NCBI RefSeq assembly: GCF_009914755.1
Contig: NC_060925.1
DNA: 64,000 bases
Source: the human T2T-CHM13v2.0 reference genome, Homo sapiens
Strand: one strand, 5' to 3'
Both the position numbers and the translations under genes were made by a program. Positions within the stretch are counted from its first letter, which is position 1; each line of letters opens with the position of its first letter. The notes beneath the pieces were generated by a model, which saw only the letters and a program-made list of their open reading frames with translations, was not told where the DNA came from and did not search any database. Of this stretch, positions 41,301 to 52,191 are shown piece by piece.

Positions 41301-43827
41301 GAAAGTTACTAAATAACAGTTGGAACAAGCACTAATAATTCTTGCAAAGGGGTAATAAATGGAGGGTGCAGAGTGCTGTGAGAGTATATGTTGGGATGCA
41401 TTGGTTGATCTTGTTTGGAGGTTAGGGGAGCTTTTCTGAGGAAGATGTGTTTTTACTGAGGTCCGAAGGATAAATAGAACTTATTTTTCTGGTAATGAGG
41501 GAGACAGGTACAGTCTAGGCTGGAAGGACTTGTATGTGTGGAGGCTCTAAGGAAAGAAGGAAGAGTAAGATACATTCAAGAAACTGGAATCCGGCCAGTG
41601 ACTAAACCACAGAGAGAAAATCATGGAGCCTGCAGGTGTGGGCCCTATATAGCAAGGTGTATTGACTTACTTGCTGTGCTATTTTGGGGAAGTTACTTAA
41701 CTTCTTTGAGAATAACAACAGTGTTTACCTCACATGCGTCTTATTTGGATTAGATGAGATACTGAGTGAAATGGCTGGACATGGTAAGCCCTTGATAGAT
41801 GTTACTTAATATTATGATTCCTGTTCTTGTTATTATTCTTGACAGGACAGGATGTTTATGGCCCTGGGATGCCCTTAGGGATGTAGTCTCTATCCTGAAG
41901 GCAATGGGAAGCTAGTGCGGGATTTTAATGAGAACTTCAATACTTCAAGCCAGATTTTGTTTGTAAAAGTTCCACATGACTCAGTGTGGAAAATGGACTG
42001 GAGATCGGTGGAGTGGAGGCCTGAGGAGAGGTGACTGAGGTAATGGTGGTGGCAGTCTTGCCTTGATCACTTTGTACAATTTGGGGAGATCACACAACCA
42101 TCTTAACAGATTTTGGAATTCCACAAAAGACACTTTCTTGTATGTTTAAGGGTTTTCTTCTAGAACGAAATGCCCCAGGGTGATGCATGGATTTTCAATC
42201 TCAATCCTTCCATAAACTTAACAAGTGGTCTTGAGCAAGCCTCATGTGGCTCATTTAATCATGATGCAAAAAGGTAAAAGGGAGAATTAGATTCCATATA
42301 TTTAGGGTGAAGTCAACATCTTTGGTTAATGAACACATTTAAAAATGTCTTTAGGAGATTCCAAATACATCCTCTTTTTGCTTTTTTATTCCATTTATGT
42401 CTTGTGAATTCATTTTAGAAGGGAAATTGTATTGATTTGCTCTTCATAAAGCCACATTCAGTGCTAACAGAATTTGTGATCTCAGGTGAAGGCAAAATGC
42501 TGGACTGGCAAATGTTCACAACAAATATAAGTTTCAAATAAAGTACTGGATGTGCTAGAAATTCATTAGATAATGAAAGTCATCAAGAAACACTGAGAAT
42601 GCTGTAGTTCCTTCTGGATTTATGGCTGATTCTTTTAAAAAGCATCACATTTGATATAATTGCTTTGCCTAGTATTGGCACACTTAAAAAATTATCTGAC
42701 AAATTCATTGTTGGTGGAGGATTGTCGGTGGAGGATTTACCTGTGATGCCAGAGGTAAGAAACGTTGAAGTCTAAATATGCTGTGTTCATTTCCTAGTGA
42801 GAGTTTATTATGTCACTCAGCTTTGAAAGGGAAAAAGAAATCCCACAGCAGAATTTCCTCCCGAAAATGGAGTAAATTCTAATGTTTTCTGAATTTATTC
42901 TGTTATAACAGAGTATCATTAAATAAAGATTTCTTTTTATTATAATGCCCTTATTCAATATCTTATTCTCTGTTGGGCAAAGTTAAATATGAATGTTATC
43001 TTAATTTAAATAATTAACATATGCTGTATGTACACTGGTTAAAGCACTAATCTTCATATGCAAAACATGAGTGTTTTGACCTGCATGAATTTTCAAAACT
43101 AAAAAGAAATCATATCAGACTAAGAACTATTATTATAAAGCAAAGACCATTGTTTACATTTAAAAACTTACCTTTCTTCATATATTTGGGTGTATATGTT
43201 TGTTTTAATGTAAGCAAATATGCAAAGCTGTTAAAAAGATATTGTTGAATGTCATATATTTTAGGAATTTTTATTTGTATGAAATGAACCAGCCAATTTT
43301 AATGAATTTTGTAAAGTTTTATGGTAAAGTAACATTTAAAAAAATTTCAGGGTGAGGCACTTTAATTTGAAACCCACTCAGGAACTCAATGGTGTTTTAC
43401 TGAATAGATATGGACACAGTTTCACTAGTGTCATTCTTTCCTTAGTATGTTTACTCCATGATGACGAGGATTTGTTGCATCTTTTTGACCACTATATCCC
43501 CAAATACTGGAAAATCTCTTTCTGCTACATAGTAGGTGCTTGATAAGTACTGGTTTACTGAATGAATACATATATTTATTGGCATAAATGGCAAAAAATT
43601 TGTAGTGCTGTTGCAAATCAAAAGAACTTTTGAACTTCACACTTTTAAGCTTGAAAGTGGATGTTGTTATGTGCCAGTGTCTGCCACAAATTTCTAGCCA
43701 GCCATGTTGGTAGAGGACCTGAGTTGCCATGTAGCCCAGGTTTTCAGCACTGCCCAGTTTCTCACAACTGCCAGTTCCTCACCACCAAGCTATCAGGGCA
43801 GAATGAACTAGAATCCTGCCTCTCATC

Positions 43828-44010
43828 CAGTGGTTCTTGAAGTGTGGTCCCTGCCCTAGCAGCATCAGCAGAATAACCGGGGAACTTGTTATTCATGGCC
43901 CACCCCCCAGGCAAGAAGCATCAGGTACTTTGGGGGTGGGCCCCATAATCTGTGCTCTAACGATCCCTGGAGGTGATTCTAATGTACATTCAAGTTTGAA
44001 ATCTACAATT
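43828..44010. mobile_element. MER5A
   Basis: cagtggttcttgaagtgtggtccc..cagcatcagca...ggtgattctaatg..caagtttga. Confidence 0.8.
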
Positions 44011-44232
44011 GTAGACAATGCTTGTACGGACATTGCTAACATTTACCTCTTCGCTCCCTTTTCCATTCTTCCAGTGATGTCCAACTCCCTTCTCATTAAC
44101 ACATTCTAATTTTAGGAATATGAATTCTTCAAAATGAATAAATTTTGGCCTTTGAAAAATTGCCTTCTTAAAATAATTTGTGTATCAGGTCTGAAACTTT
44201 ATAGTCTGGCTTGGAATCAGACTCTTAGAGGT

Positions 44233-44770
44233 TGTATTAGTTATCTATTGGTGCATAGAAAACTAGCCCAAAACTTAGCAGCAAAAACAAGACTCATTTA
44301 TGATTTCACAGTTTTTGAGGCTCAAGAATGCAGAAGCATCTTACTTGTGTGGTTTTGGCTCAGGGTCTCTCAAATGGCTGAAATTAAGGTGTTGCCTGAG
44401 GTTACTGTCCTCTCCAGGCTTGACTGGAGAAGGACCTGCTTTCAAGCTCACTTACATGGCTGTTGGAAGGCCTCAGGAGCTCCACCTGCAGGCTTACTCA
44501 CATGAACCTCTCTGGAGGGTTGATTTATGATGGTGAAACTGGCTTCTACCACAGAAAGAGAATCAAGAGAGAGCTAGAGAGAGCACAAAGGAGAAACCCC
44601 AGACTGTTTGTAACCTAATACTGAAAGGGATATTCCATCACTTGTGCCATATTCTATTTATCAGAAGGAGTCAGTAAATCCAGCCACACTCGAGGGGAGG
44701 GGTGAAACACAAGGGCCTGAATACTATGAGGCAGGAATCATTGCGGGGGTCAACTTAGGGACCCCCCACA
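44233..44770 (-). mobile_element. MLT1F/G-type LTR
   Basis: tgtattagttatctattg...cccaaaacttagc..tggctcagggtctctca..ttcaagctcact. Confidence 0.8.
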
Positions 44771-45329
44771 GAGCTGAGTTATTTGTCATTTTCTCCTATT
44801 TCTTGCATTGCAATGTTTCAATTAAGGCTCTTGATATCAAGTGTCAGACATCTCAACACTAACTGGCTTAAACAAGAAGAATATGTATGTGGCTTAAGGT
44901 GTGGTTTGACATGGAGGATTGGTCAAATGTTATCACCTGGACTTGGTCATCATGGTTCTGTTTGCTCTGTATTGCTTCACTCTCAGGCAGCTTCTCCTCT
45001 CCTCTTAGCATAGTAGCCTCCAAGGCTTTCAGGCTCAAGGTCAGTGGTATAGAGCAAAAGTTGCTTTTCTGAGTGTGTCATAGGCCCATGCCTGAACCAG
45101 TTGAGAAGCTGAGAAATTCTGACTATATTGGTTGAGGCCCAAGACACACACTCCATTCACAATCAGGGATGAGTCTCATATAAAACACAACAGGTATGAG
45201 AAGGGGTGGTAAGTGCCTTGGGAAGGACATCAGAAAGACATTTCATCGAAGTACTGCCTAACTGTTGTCTCTCCCTGAGTTTTTAGTAAACTGGAACTTC
45301 TAGGAATATGCCTACCCTCTCTGTCACCA

Positions 45330-45915
45330 CCCACTCCCCACATCCAAAGGGACGCAGAGCCCTGTTGATCTACTGGCAACTCTCCAATCTACTCCCAACA
45401 ATATCACTATGAAACCCTCACCTGGGCTAAAGCAATAATGTCCAAATTCACTTATCTACATGCTTACATTCTTTGTTCACCTTCTACCTGTTCTGCACAT
45501 AGCAACCAGAGGGATTTTTTTAAAATGCACTTGATGAGATTTCTTCTGCGATGAAAATTCATCCAGGTCTCATTAATTAAAATCCAGATGCCACCTGACC
45601 TGGTTTCTACCTGCCTCTTCAGCTTGATTACTGTCCACCACCAAGCCTCACTCTCTGAGCTTTCCAAATTCTCCCAGCTTCTTCCAACTGCAGTCTTCTT
45701 CCGAGCTCTTCTCTCTGTTGGGGAAGCCCTTTCTTTCCATTATGCTTTTCCCTTTCCACCCTTGCTCATCTCATCTTCAGAATCTAATTTTTACATCACT
45801 TCTTTACACCAGCCTTCCCTGACCCTCTAGAAGTAAATACTCCCACTTTACCTCGTGCCTTCTTCTTATGGCTTATCAGAATTTTAAGCACTCAGTAAAT
45901 ATCTGATGAATGTGA
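45330..45915. mobile_element. L2
   Basis: gcaaccagagggattttttaaaatgc; agccttccctgacc; gcactcagtaaatatctgatgaatg. Confidence 0.6.
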
Positions 45916-45986
45916 TTTATTTTTCATCTTCTCATACCTGTGCAATTGTGTTGCTCAGAAGATTAAATAAGTGGCAAGATTCATTG

Positions 45987-46208
45987 CAAGGGTGTCCAGC
46001 CTTTTGGCTTCCTTGGGCCACATTGGAAGAAGAATAATTGTCTTGGCCTCACATAAAATACACTAACACTAATGTTAGCTGATGAGCTAAAAGCAAATCA
46101 TAAAAAAACCTCGTAATGTTTTAAGAAAGTTTATGAATTTGTGTGGGGCCACATTCAAAGCCATCCTGGGCTGCATGTAGCCTGCAGGCCGCAGGCTGGA
46201 CAAGATTG
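45987..46208. mobile_element. MER30
   Basis: gggtgtcca..cttttggcttcc.tgggccacattggaagaagaa...gggccacattcaaagccatcctggg. Confidence 0.88.
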
Positions 46209-46309
46209 TATTATAGAGTTGGAATTCATTGGTGTTCTTGCTTGGTCAGGAGCTCCCCTGGTTCATATGGTTGATCAAACGCAGGAGATAATAAAACTCT
46301 TTTTAGAAC

Positions 46310-46672
46310 TGAATTGGTCTGTTCTCACAATGCTATGAAGAAATGTCTGAGATTGGGTCATTTATATAAAAAAGAGGTTTAATTAATTCATAGTTCCGCA
46401 TGGCTGGGGAGGCCTCAGGAAACTTACAGTCATGGCAGAAGGCACCTCTTCCAGGGCAGCAGGAGAGAGAATCAGTGCCAGTAGGGGAAATGCCAGATTC
46501 TTATAAAACCATCAGATCTCATGAAACTAACTCACTATCATGAGAACAGCATGGGGGAAACTGCCCCCATGATTCATTTACCTCCACCTGTTCCCACCCT
46601 TGACATGTGGGAATTATGGAGATTACAAGTCAAGGTGAGATATGGGTGGGGACACAGAGCCAAACCATATCA
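46310..46672 (-). mobile_element. MSTA/THE1D-type solo LTR
   Basis: ggggaggcctcaggaaacttacagtcatggcagaagg ... gccaaaccatatca. Confidence 0.88.
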
Positions 46673-47210
46673 GGAATGGACATACTGAACACATAAATGC
46701 TGTCTCACTTTGATTCTTACAACAATCTCTTGTGAGTTCAGTGTATTATCTCCATTTTATAGATGAGAAAACTGATGTTCAGAAATAAAAAGTGACTTCT
46801 TCAAATTCACATGGCTCAGAAATGGTAGAGGCAGAATACCCACAGACGTCTCTTTGACTCCAAAATCCTAGATATGATTGGAACTGCAAGAAAAGGCAGT
46901 GACATTCTCATTTTTTAATTTTAATTTTCACTATGACATTTTGAATAGGCCAAGGTCAAAAATCAAAATAAACATAAAAGTGAAGTCCTGTAGATTTCAT
47001 GCTGCTAGTTGGAGCAGAACAATAGATCTGAAAGCACCAGAATAAGGGCAGTATGGAATTTTTGGAGAACTAAATGTTTTAATTATATAATTTCAGTTTG
47101 CTTATTCATTAAATTAAAGTTAAGAGGTGTTGAGTAGTCCTGCAGCATGAAATAAATGTATTCCATCTTTTCTTTCTATTATACTTTCGATGGGGCTTAT
47201 ATATATTGAG

Positions 47211-47653
47211 TGAATTAGTCCATTATTGCATTGTTATAAAGGACTAGCTGAGACTGGGTAATTTACGAAGAAAAGAGGTTGGATTGATTCACAGTTCTTC
47301 AGGCTGTACAGGCAGCATGGTTGGAAAGACCTCAGGAAACTTACAATCATGGCAGGAGGTGAAGGGGAACCAGGCACATCTTATATGACTGGAGCAGGAG
47401 GAAGAGAGTGAAGGAATGATTTCACTCAGATGTTTATCAAACACATATTTAGTACCAGATGCTAGTTACTGCAGATATTAAAAGTGCTTACATATTTTTA
47501 AGCAACCAGATGTCATGAGAACTCATTATCAGAACAGCAAGGGGAACGTCTGGCCCCATGATCCCTATCACCTCCCACCAGGGCAATCCTCCAACATTGA
47601 GGATTACAATTTGACTTGAGATTTGGGCAGGGACACAAATCCAAACCATATCA
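47211..47653 (-). mobile_element. MST solo LTR carrying a 63-bp foreign insert
   Basis: tgaattagtcc...aaaccatatca; TSD-like ttgag/ctgag. Confidence 0.88.
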
Positions 47654-48771
47654 CTGAGTGATGCAGGAATAAAGCTAAATGGGATAAACCATCCTATTTC
47701 CTCATTCCTCCAGCTGCAATGACATACAAATTAGTATACTACATTATTTTCCCTCTTACTTCAAACAGCATGAGTAAGTCTACATTTGGAACAAGAGGGC
47801 TTTTAACGGGGGCAGACTGTGGGAGGACTGGGTGGTTTCTTGATTCTTTCAAATTATTTGTGAGGCTGAGCATTTGGCTTGTTGGGATGATTCCTGTTAA
47901 TGTTACAGTCTGAAATTTTATCTTTTTATCTTAACATCTCTGTAAGTTACATCACTTCTCCCCCAACCCCCAAGCACCCTACATGAATGTGGGGCCTAAT
48001 AATGAAAATAATACAAAGGGGAATGTGGAGGACAACTGCTATGTATGAATTGATAGCAAAAAGCAGGGAAGATGGCAATCCAGCATTTGGGATTCATGAT
48101 GAGACCTAAGTTCCATGAGTCTGGAAAAACAGAAGCGCTATGCAAGCATATATCAAAACATATTTAATTTATTAAACAGGCATATTCAAACTATTAATCT
48201 CCCAGTCTAGTAAGCATTAGCCAGTTTGACGGAGGACTAGTGCTGGGCAAGATGCGGTTAAATTTGCAGAAAACTCGGAGGGGGGAATGAAAAAGAATAA
48301 TCGAATTGCGAACAAAATGGGAAAAATGAAAATAATATTCAAAAAAATTTGAGGAAATTTCATCTGGAGAACAAAGAGCCTATGAGACAGGGTAGAAAAT
48401 GATTCAGAATATAGTGAATTCATCTCATTTCTCATGTATGTAGGGTATACCCTGGTTCCAAATACCTGGAGGGAGACCAGGTGAATATAAGAAAATGTCA
48501 GCTATTTAGTAGGAATAACGATTTCACTCAGATGTTTATCAAACACGTATTTAGCAGCAGATGCTAGTTACTGCAGATATTATGGTGAACAGAGAGATAT
48601 GGTTTATGCCCTCACTGAGCATACAATCTAGTTTAAAGAAGCAAAACATCATGTGACAAGTATAAAGATAGATGAAAGACGAGTTGACCTGGGAAGCAAA
48701 TAGTAAAACACCTGACTGGCCAGGATTCCAGGGAAATTTCTGGGCAGCATGGAGATTTGCAGGGTAACACC

Positions 48772-49204
48772 TGTGATGGTTAGTTTTATGTGTCAACTTG
48801 ACTAGGCTACAGTGTTCAGTTATTTAATCAAACACGAATCTAAAATCTAAGTGTTGCCGTGAAGGTGTTTCGTAAATGTGTTCAGCATCTACAGTAAGAC
48901 TTCAAAACGAGATTGCTCTAGGTAATGCTGGTGGGCCTATATCACAAGCAATTGTGAGCCAAAAATTAGATTTCCTGGAAAAGGAGAAATTCTGCCTTAA
49001 GACTGAAGCATCGACTCTTGCTTGAGTTTCCAGCCTGCCAGAGCTGCCCTGTAGATTTCAGAGGGACCTTCCAGCCCCCATCATCCTGAGCCAATTCCTT
49101 AAAATAAATCTGTTACCCCACACACGTACACGCAAATGTGTGTGTGTGTGTGTGTGTGTGTGTACATATGTTCCATTTCTCTAGAGAACCTTACTGATAA
49201 AATA
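48772..49204 (+). mobile_element. MLT2 (ERVL) LTR with internal (TG)n at 49137-49163
   Basis: tgtgatggttagttttatgtgtcaacttgactaggct ... tttctctagagaacc. Confidence 0.85.
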
Positions 49205-50969
49205 CCTTAGTCATGTAAAGTTGGTGTGTGTGTGGTGTGTGCACTGAGGGAAGGTAACTGCCCAGGAAGACTTAGAATGAAAAAGATTTAGCCAGATCAG
49301 GAAGCACATTATAGGTGACCTAGAGACTTTGTAAGGATTGTGAGAGGATCAGATTCACATTTTAGAAAGGACATCTGATTGTATTACTTTTGAGCACATA
49401 AGTTGAGAAAAATGTGTTTGAATTCCAGCAGGAAGGATATTAGGAAGATTTTTTTTTTAATAGGGGAAAGAGGTGCTGAATGTATTCTGGAATCTAGAAA
49501 AAATTGCATTTTTATCATTGACGGTAACAGTTTTGCCAAAGATTTACAAGCTTTTTTTTCCCTACAATTACGTCTATATTTTTCACTAAGAAGTTCTTGT
49601 AACTGGGAAAATACTCCAATCTGGCCGAGCAGCAGTTATGGAAGAAAAACTCTAGCAAACAGCAGTTGGGATGGGAGGGTGGAGGTCATCAGGGGATTCC
49701 CGCTGAGAAAGTGGGAAGGAAGAGAGTTTAGAAACGGATTGAAGTTCCACTACATCACGTGTGTTGTTAGAGAATTCGCCTATTACGACGACAGCAACGT
49801 CTGATCTCCTGGCTTTCTTCCCCTCCTTGGTGGGTTCCGTTCCGTCCCCCTGTCGCTGCGAGTTTGGCTGTCCCTACGCCGGGGTCTTGGAGTTTGGGCG
49901 GGGTCTGGTACCTGCCAAATACGGATCCTGACGGGGAGGAGGTCGGGGAGCGCTAAGTTCAGGCTGGAGTCTGAGTTCTCCCACCCTGCTGCTCCCACCC
50001 ACCGCGCTTAGAAACCTATGTTTCCAGCAAAGGGGTCTTGCTCTGAGAGAACCTAACCGGGTTTTCTTCCATTCCCTTTGCATCTCTAGATGTCTTCGCC
50101 CTGGCTCCAGGTGCGTTCCCCATCCTTTTCGGTCCGGGACGTTCTGCAGATTATAGCGCCCAGCTCATGTCCAGCACCGCCGGAGGTGAAGTGGGGCGAG
50201 CTGGTGACTCCTTAACCCTTCCCGAAGGTGTAGACTGGAAGAAGCCAGGGTCTTCATTACCTCCCCTACTCCAGGGCTCTCAAGGCGCCAACGGGGACAC
50301 TTCCCTGTACAGGTCTGGGGGGCCACGAGGGCGAGGAGGACGCCCTAGTGCAGGGGTCCAAGGACTCGCGTCCCAGAGCTTGGTCCCACACCCGGTCCCA
50401 CACCCCGAACGCTGGTCGGGAAGGAGATAGGATGCAGCGCAGTGTGATGTGGATGCCAGACAGCGAGAGTGAGGATTTTGCGGGGTGGGGATGGGGGTTA
50501 GTGGAAGGGGCTGAGAGGGGAGGAGGCAGCAGGTGAGCCAAGGGGTTGTGCCCCCAGGAAGAGGGAAGAGAGGATCTTTAGAAGGGAGCATCTTGCAGGG
50601 GCGACGCAGGCAAGGGTAGGGCTAGGAGGAGGTGCGGGGAAGCAAGCCCTGGCGGTGAGACAGGAGGGGGAGGAGGCGAAGAGGAGGGAGTTCCGAAAGG
50701 AGGGAAACGAGCCGGCAAGGGGCGACAGGAGCGAGCCGGGAAGGGAGAGCAGCGGAGGGCTGCAGAGCTGCGGGCGCCCGGACCGTGCCACACACCCCCC
50801 GCGGGGCACGGAGGGCATTGCGGGGGGAGACACACAAAGACATGCGAAGAGGGGCTGAACGAGGCTCGCGCACAAAGACGCCGGGGCGCACGGCAGCTGG
50901 GGCTGCACCCACCGCCCCCGCGCCGCGCCGTGCCGGGGCCGGGCCAGCGAGCAGCCCGGGGCTGAGCGC

Positions 50970-50971
<2 letters not shown>

Positions 50972-51000
<29 letters not shown>
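50972..51000 (+). repeat. (GGC)9GG trinucleotide repeat in the promoter/5'UTR
   Basis: Uninterrupted ggc x9 seen directly. Confidence 0.97.
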
Positions 51001-51227
51001 GCAGGCGCGGGACCCGGGTCGCCCGCGCTCTCCGGGTGACCCGGGCCCGGCAGCAGGCGCGCGCGGGGGCGGCGGCGCCCAAGCCCAACTTGGCCTCCGC
51101 CTCGCCCTCTGCCCAGCCCGCCGGTGTCCCCTCCTTCCCGCGATTTCGTTTCTTCTCACGCTCCCCCCCCCGCCCCCTCCCGCGTCCAGCCCCGCTCTCC
51201 CCACCTTGTAAAACAAAGCCGGGGAAA

Positions 51228-51272
51228 ATGCCTGCCCGTGCAGCTCGGAGCGCGCAGCCCGTCTCTGAATAA
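51228..51272 (+). other. uORF MPARAARSAQPVSE* (14 aa)
   Basis: aaaATGc (A at -3), TAA at 51270-51272; requires the TSS to lie upstream of 51228. Confidence 0.6.
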
Positions 51273-51281
51273 GAAGTGAGT
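51273..51281 (+). other. KCNK2: Alternative 5' splice donor (GAA|GTGAGT); exon-terminal A51275 + TG of exon 2 forms the ATG of the 411-aa isoform ([10 protein letters not shown]...)
   Basis: Consensus GTGAGT at 51276-51281; the junction yields ATG GCG GCA CCT, the known N-terminus of the 411-aa TREK-1 (426-15). Confidence 0.88.
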
Positions 51282-51284
51282 ACA

Positions 51285-51299
51285 ATGGCGTGTTTGTAA
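51285..51299 (+). other. uORF MACL*, present only in the 426-aa isoform leader
   Basis: acaATGg strong Kozak; lies between the two alternative donors. Confidence 0.6.
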
Positions 51300-51353
51300 A
51301 AAAAAGCTTCAAGTCCGTCTTTTTCAAAAAACATTTTGAATGCTGCATGCCTC

Positions 51354-51399
51354 ATGCTTCCCAGCGCCTCGCGGGAGAGACCCGGCTATAGAGCAGGAG
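51354..51399 (+). CDS. KCNK2: KCNK2/TREK-1 first coding exon of the 426-aa isoform (MLPSASRERPGYRAG + 1 nt)
   Basis: ATG at 51354, 46 nt to donor GAG|GTGAGA at 51400; phase 1 joins exon 2 (G+TG=Val), giving the recognised human TREK-1 N-terminus [25 protein letters not shown]. Confidence 0.96.
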
Positions 51400-52149
51400 G
51401 TGAGACCCCCCCTCCGGTACCCCCACCCCTCTGGCCGCACGCTCTCCTGCCCCAGCCTTTTCTGGGAGGACTGCAAATGCCCCCTCTCAGCAAGCGGCCG
51501 TTTCCCATCTTCGCTTCGCGTCCAAAGTGTTGGGTCATAATCTGGATTTGGAGGCAAACCCTTGCCAGATCCTCTCCACGCCGCTTCTCCCCCCTCTCCC
51601 GCCGGTGCCCGGGGTTTTTGCATCTGCCTGAGGTATGGGTTTGGAACACCTTGGGGGAGTTTCCCATGGAGAAGGAGGGTCAGCCCTTGGGAGTAGCCGG
51701 CAGGCAGGACTCATGGTGACCCCGGTCACACTTGTTGCCCATTGCCTGGTGGGACAGGCAGTGGTGCTGAAAAAAGCTTGCTTCCGCTGCTATTCAGTGG
51801 TCAGTCGCCGCTGGAGCGAAGACATATCTGGGTGAGAACAGAAGACCGGGATTAACAGAAGACTGTGATGAGCTGGGGGAGGGGAGTGGGTAGTGACGGT
51901 GCTGAGTGTGTGTGGAAGGGGCAGCTTCTCTCCCTGATCATACATCAAATGGCGTGGAGGTGGAAACCAAGAGGTTCCCTGTATTAAAGATAAAAGTCTG
52001 CTTTTATTTTTTAAAAATATTATTTTGGTATTTCATCAGTTTCTGTCCATTCTGTCTGCCAAATGTACATTACATATATTTCTGCTAATTAAAAAATAAG
52101 GCAACAGCTTAAAAGAATTAAACTCCTTCTGGAAATGTATTAGGTTAAT

Positions 52150-52150
<1 letters not shown>

Positions 52151-52185
<35 letters not shown>
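52151..52185 (+). repeat. (CA)17 microsatellite in intron 1
   Basis: Seen directly. Confidence 0.97.

Positions 52186-52191
<6 letters not shown>

Larger units (their letters stand above)
49780..51900. promoter_or_regulatory. CpG island / proximal KCNK2 promoter and first exon
   Basis: Abrupt switch to very GC- and CpG-rich sequence surrounding the first coding exon; the exact TSS cannot be read from sequence. Confidence 0.92.

Noticed and set aside
50498-51355. Long antisense ORFs (285 and 256 aa) over the CpG island
   Set aside because: Low-complexity Ala/Arg/Pro/Gly products expected from stop-poor GC-rich DNA; several frames are open at once and there is no recognisable domain
51336-51719. 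127-aa ORF
   Set aside because: Only codons 51354-51399 are exonic; the rest is read-through past the donor
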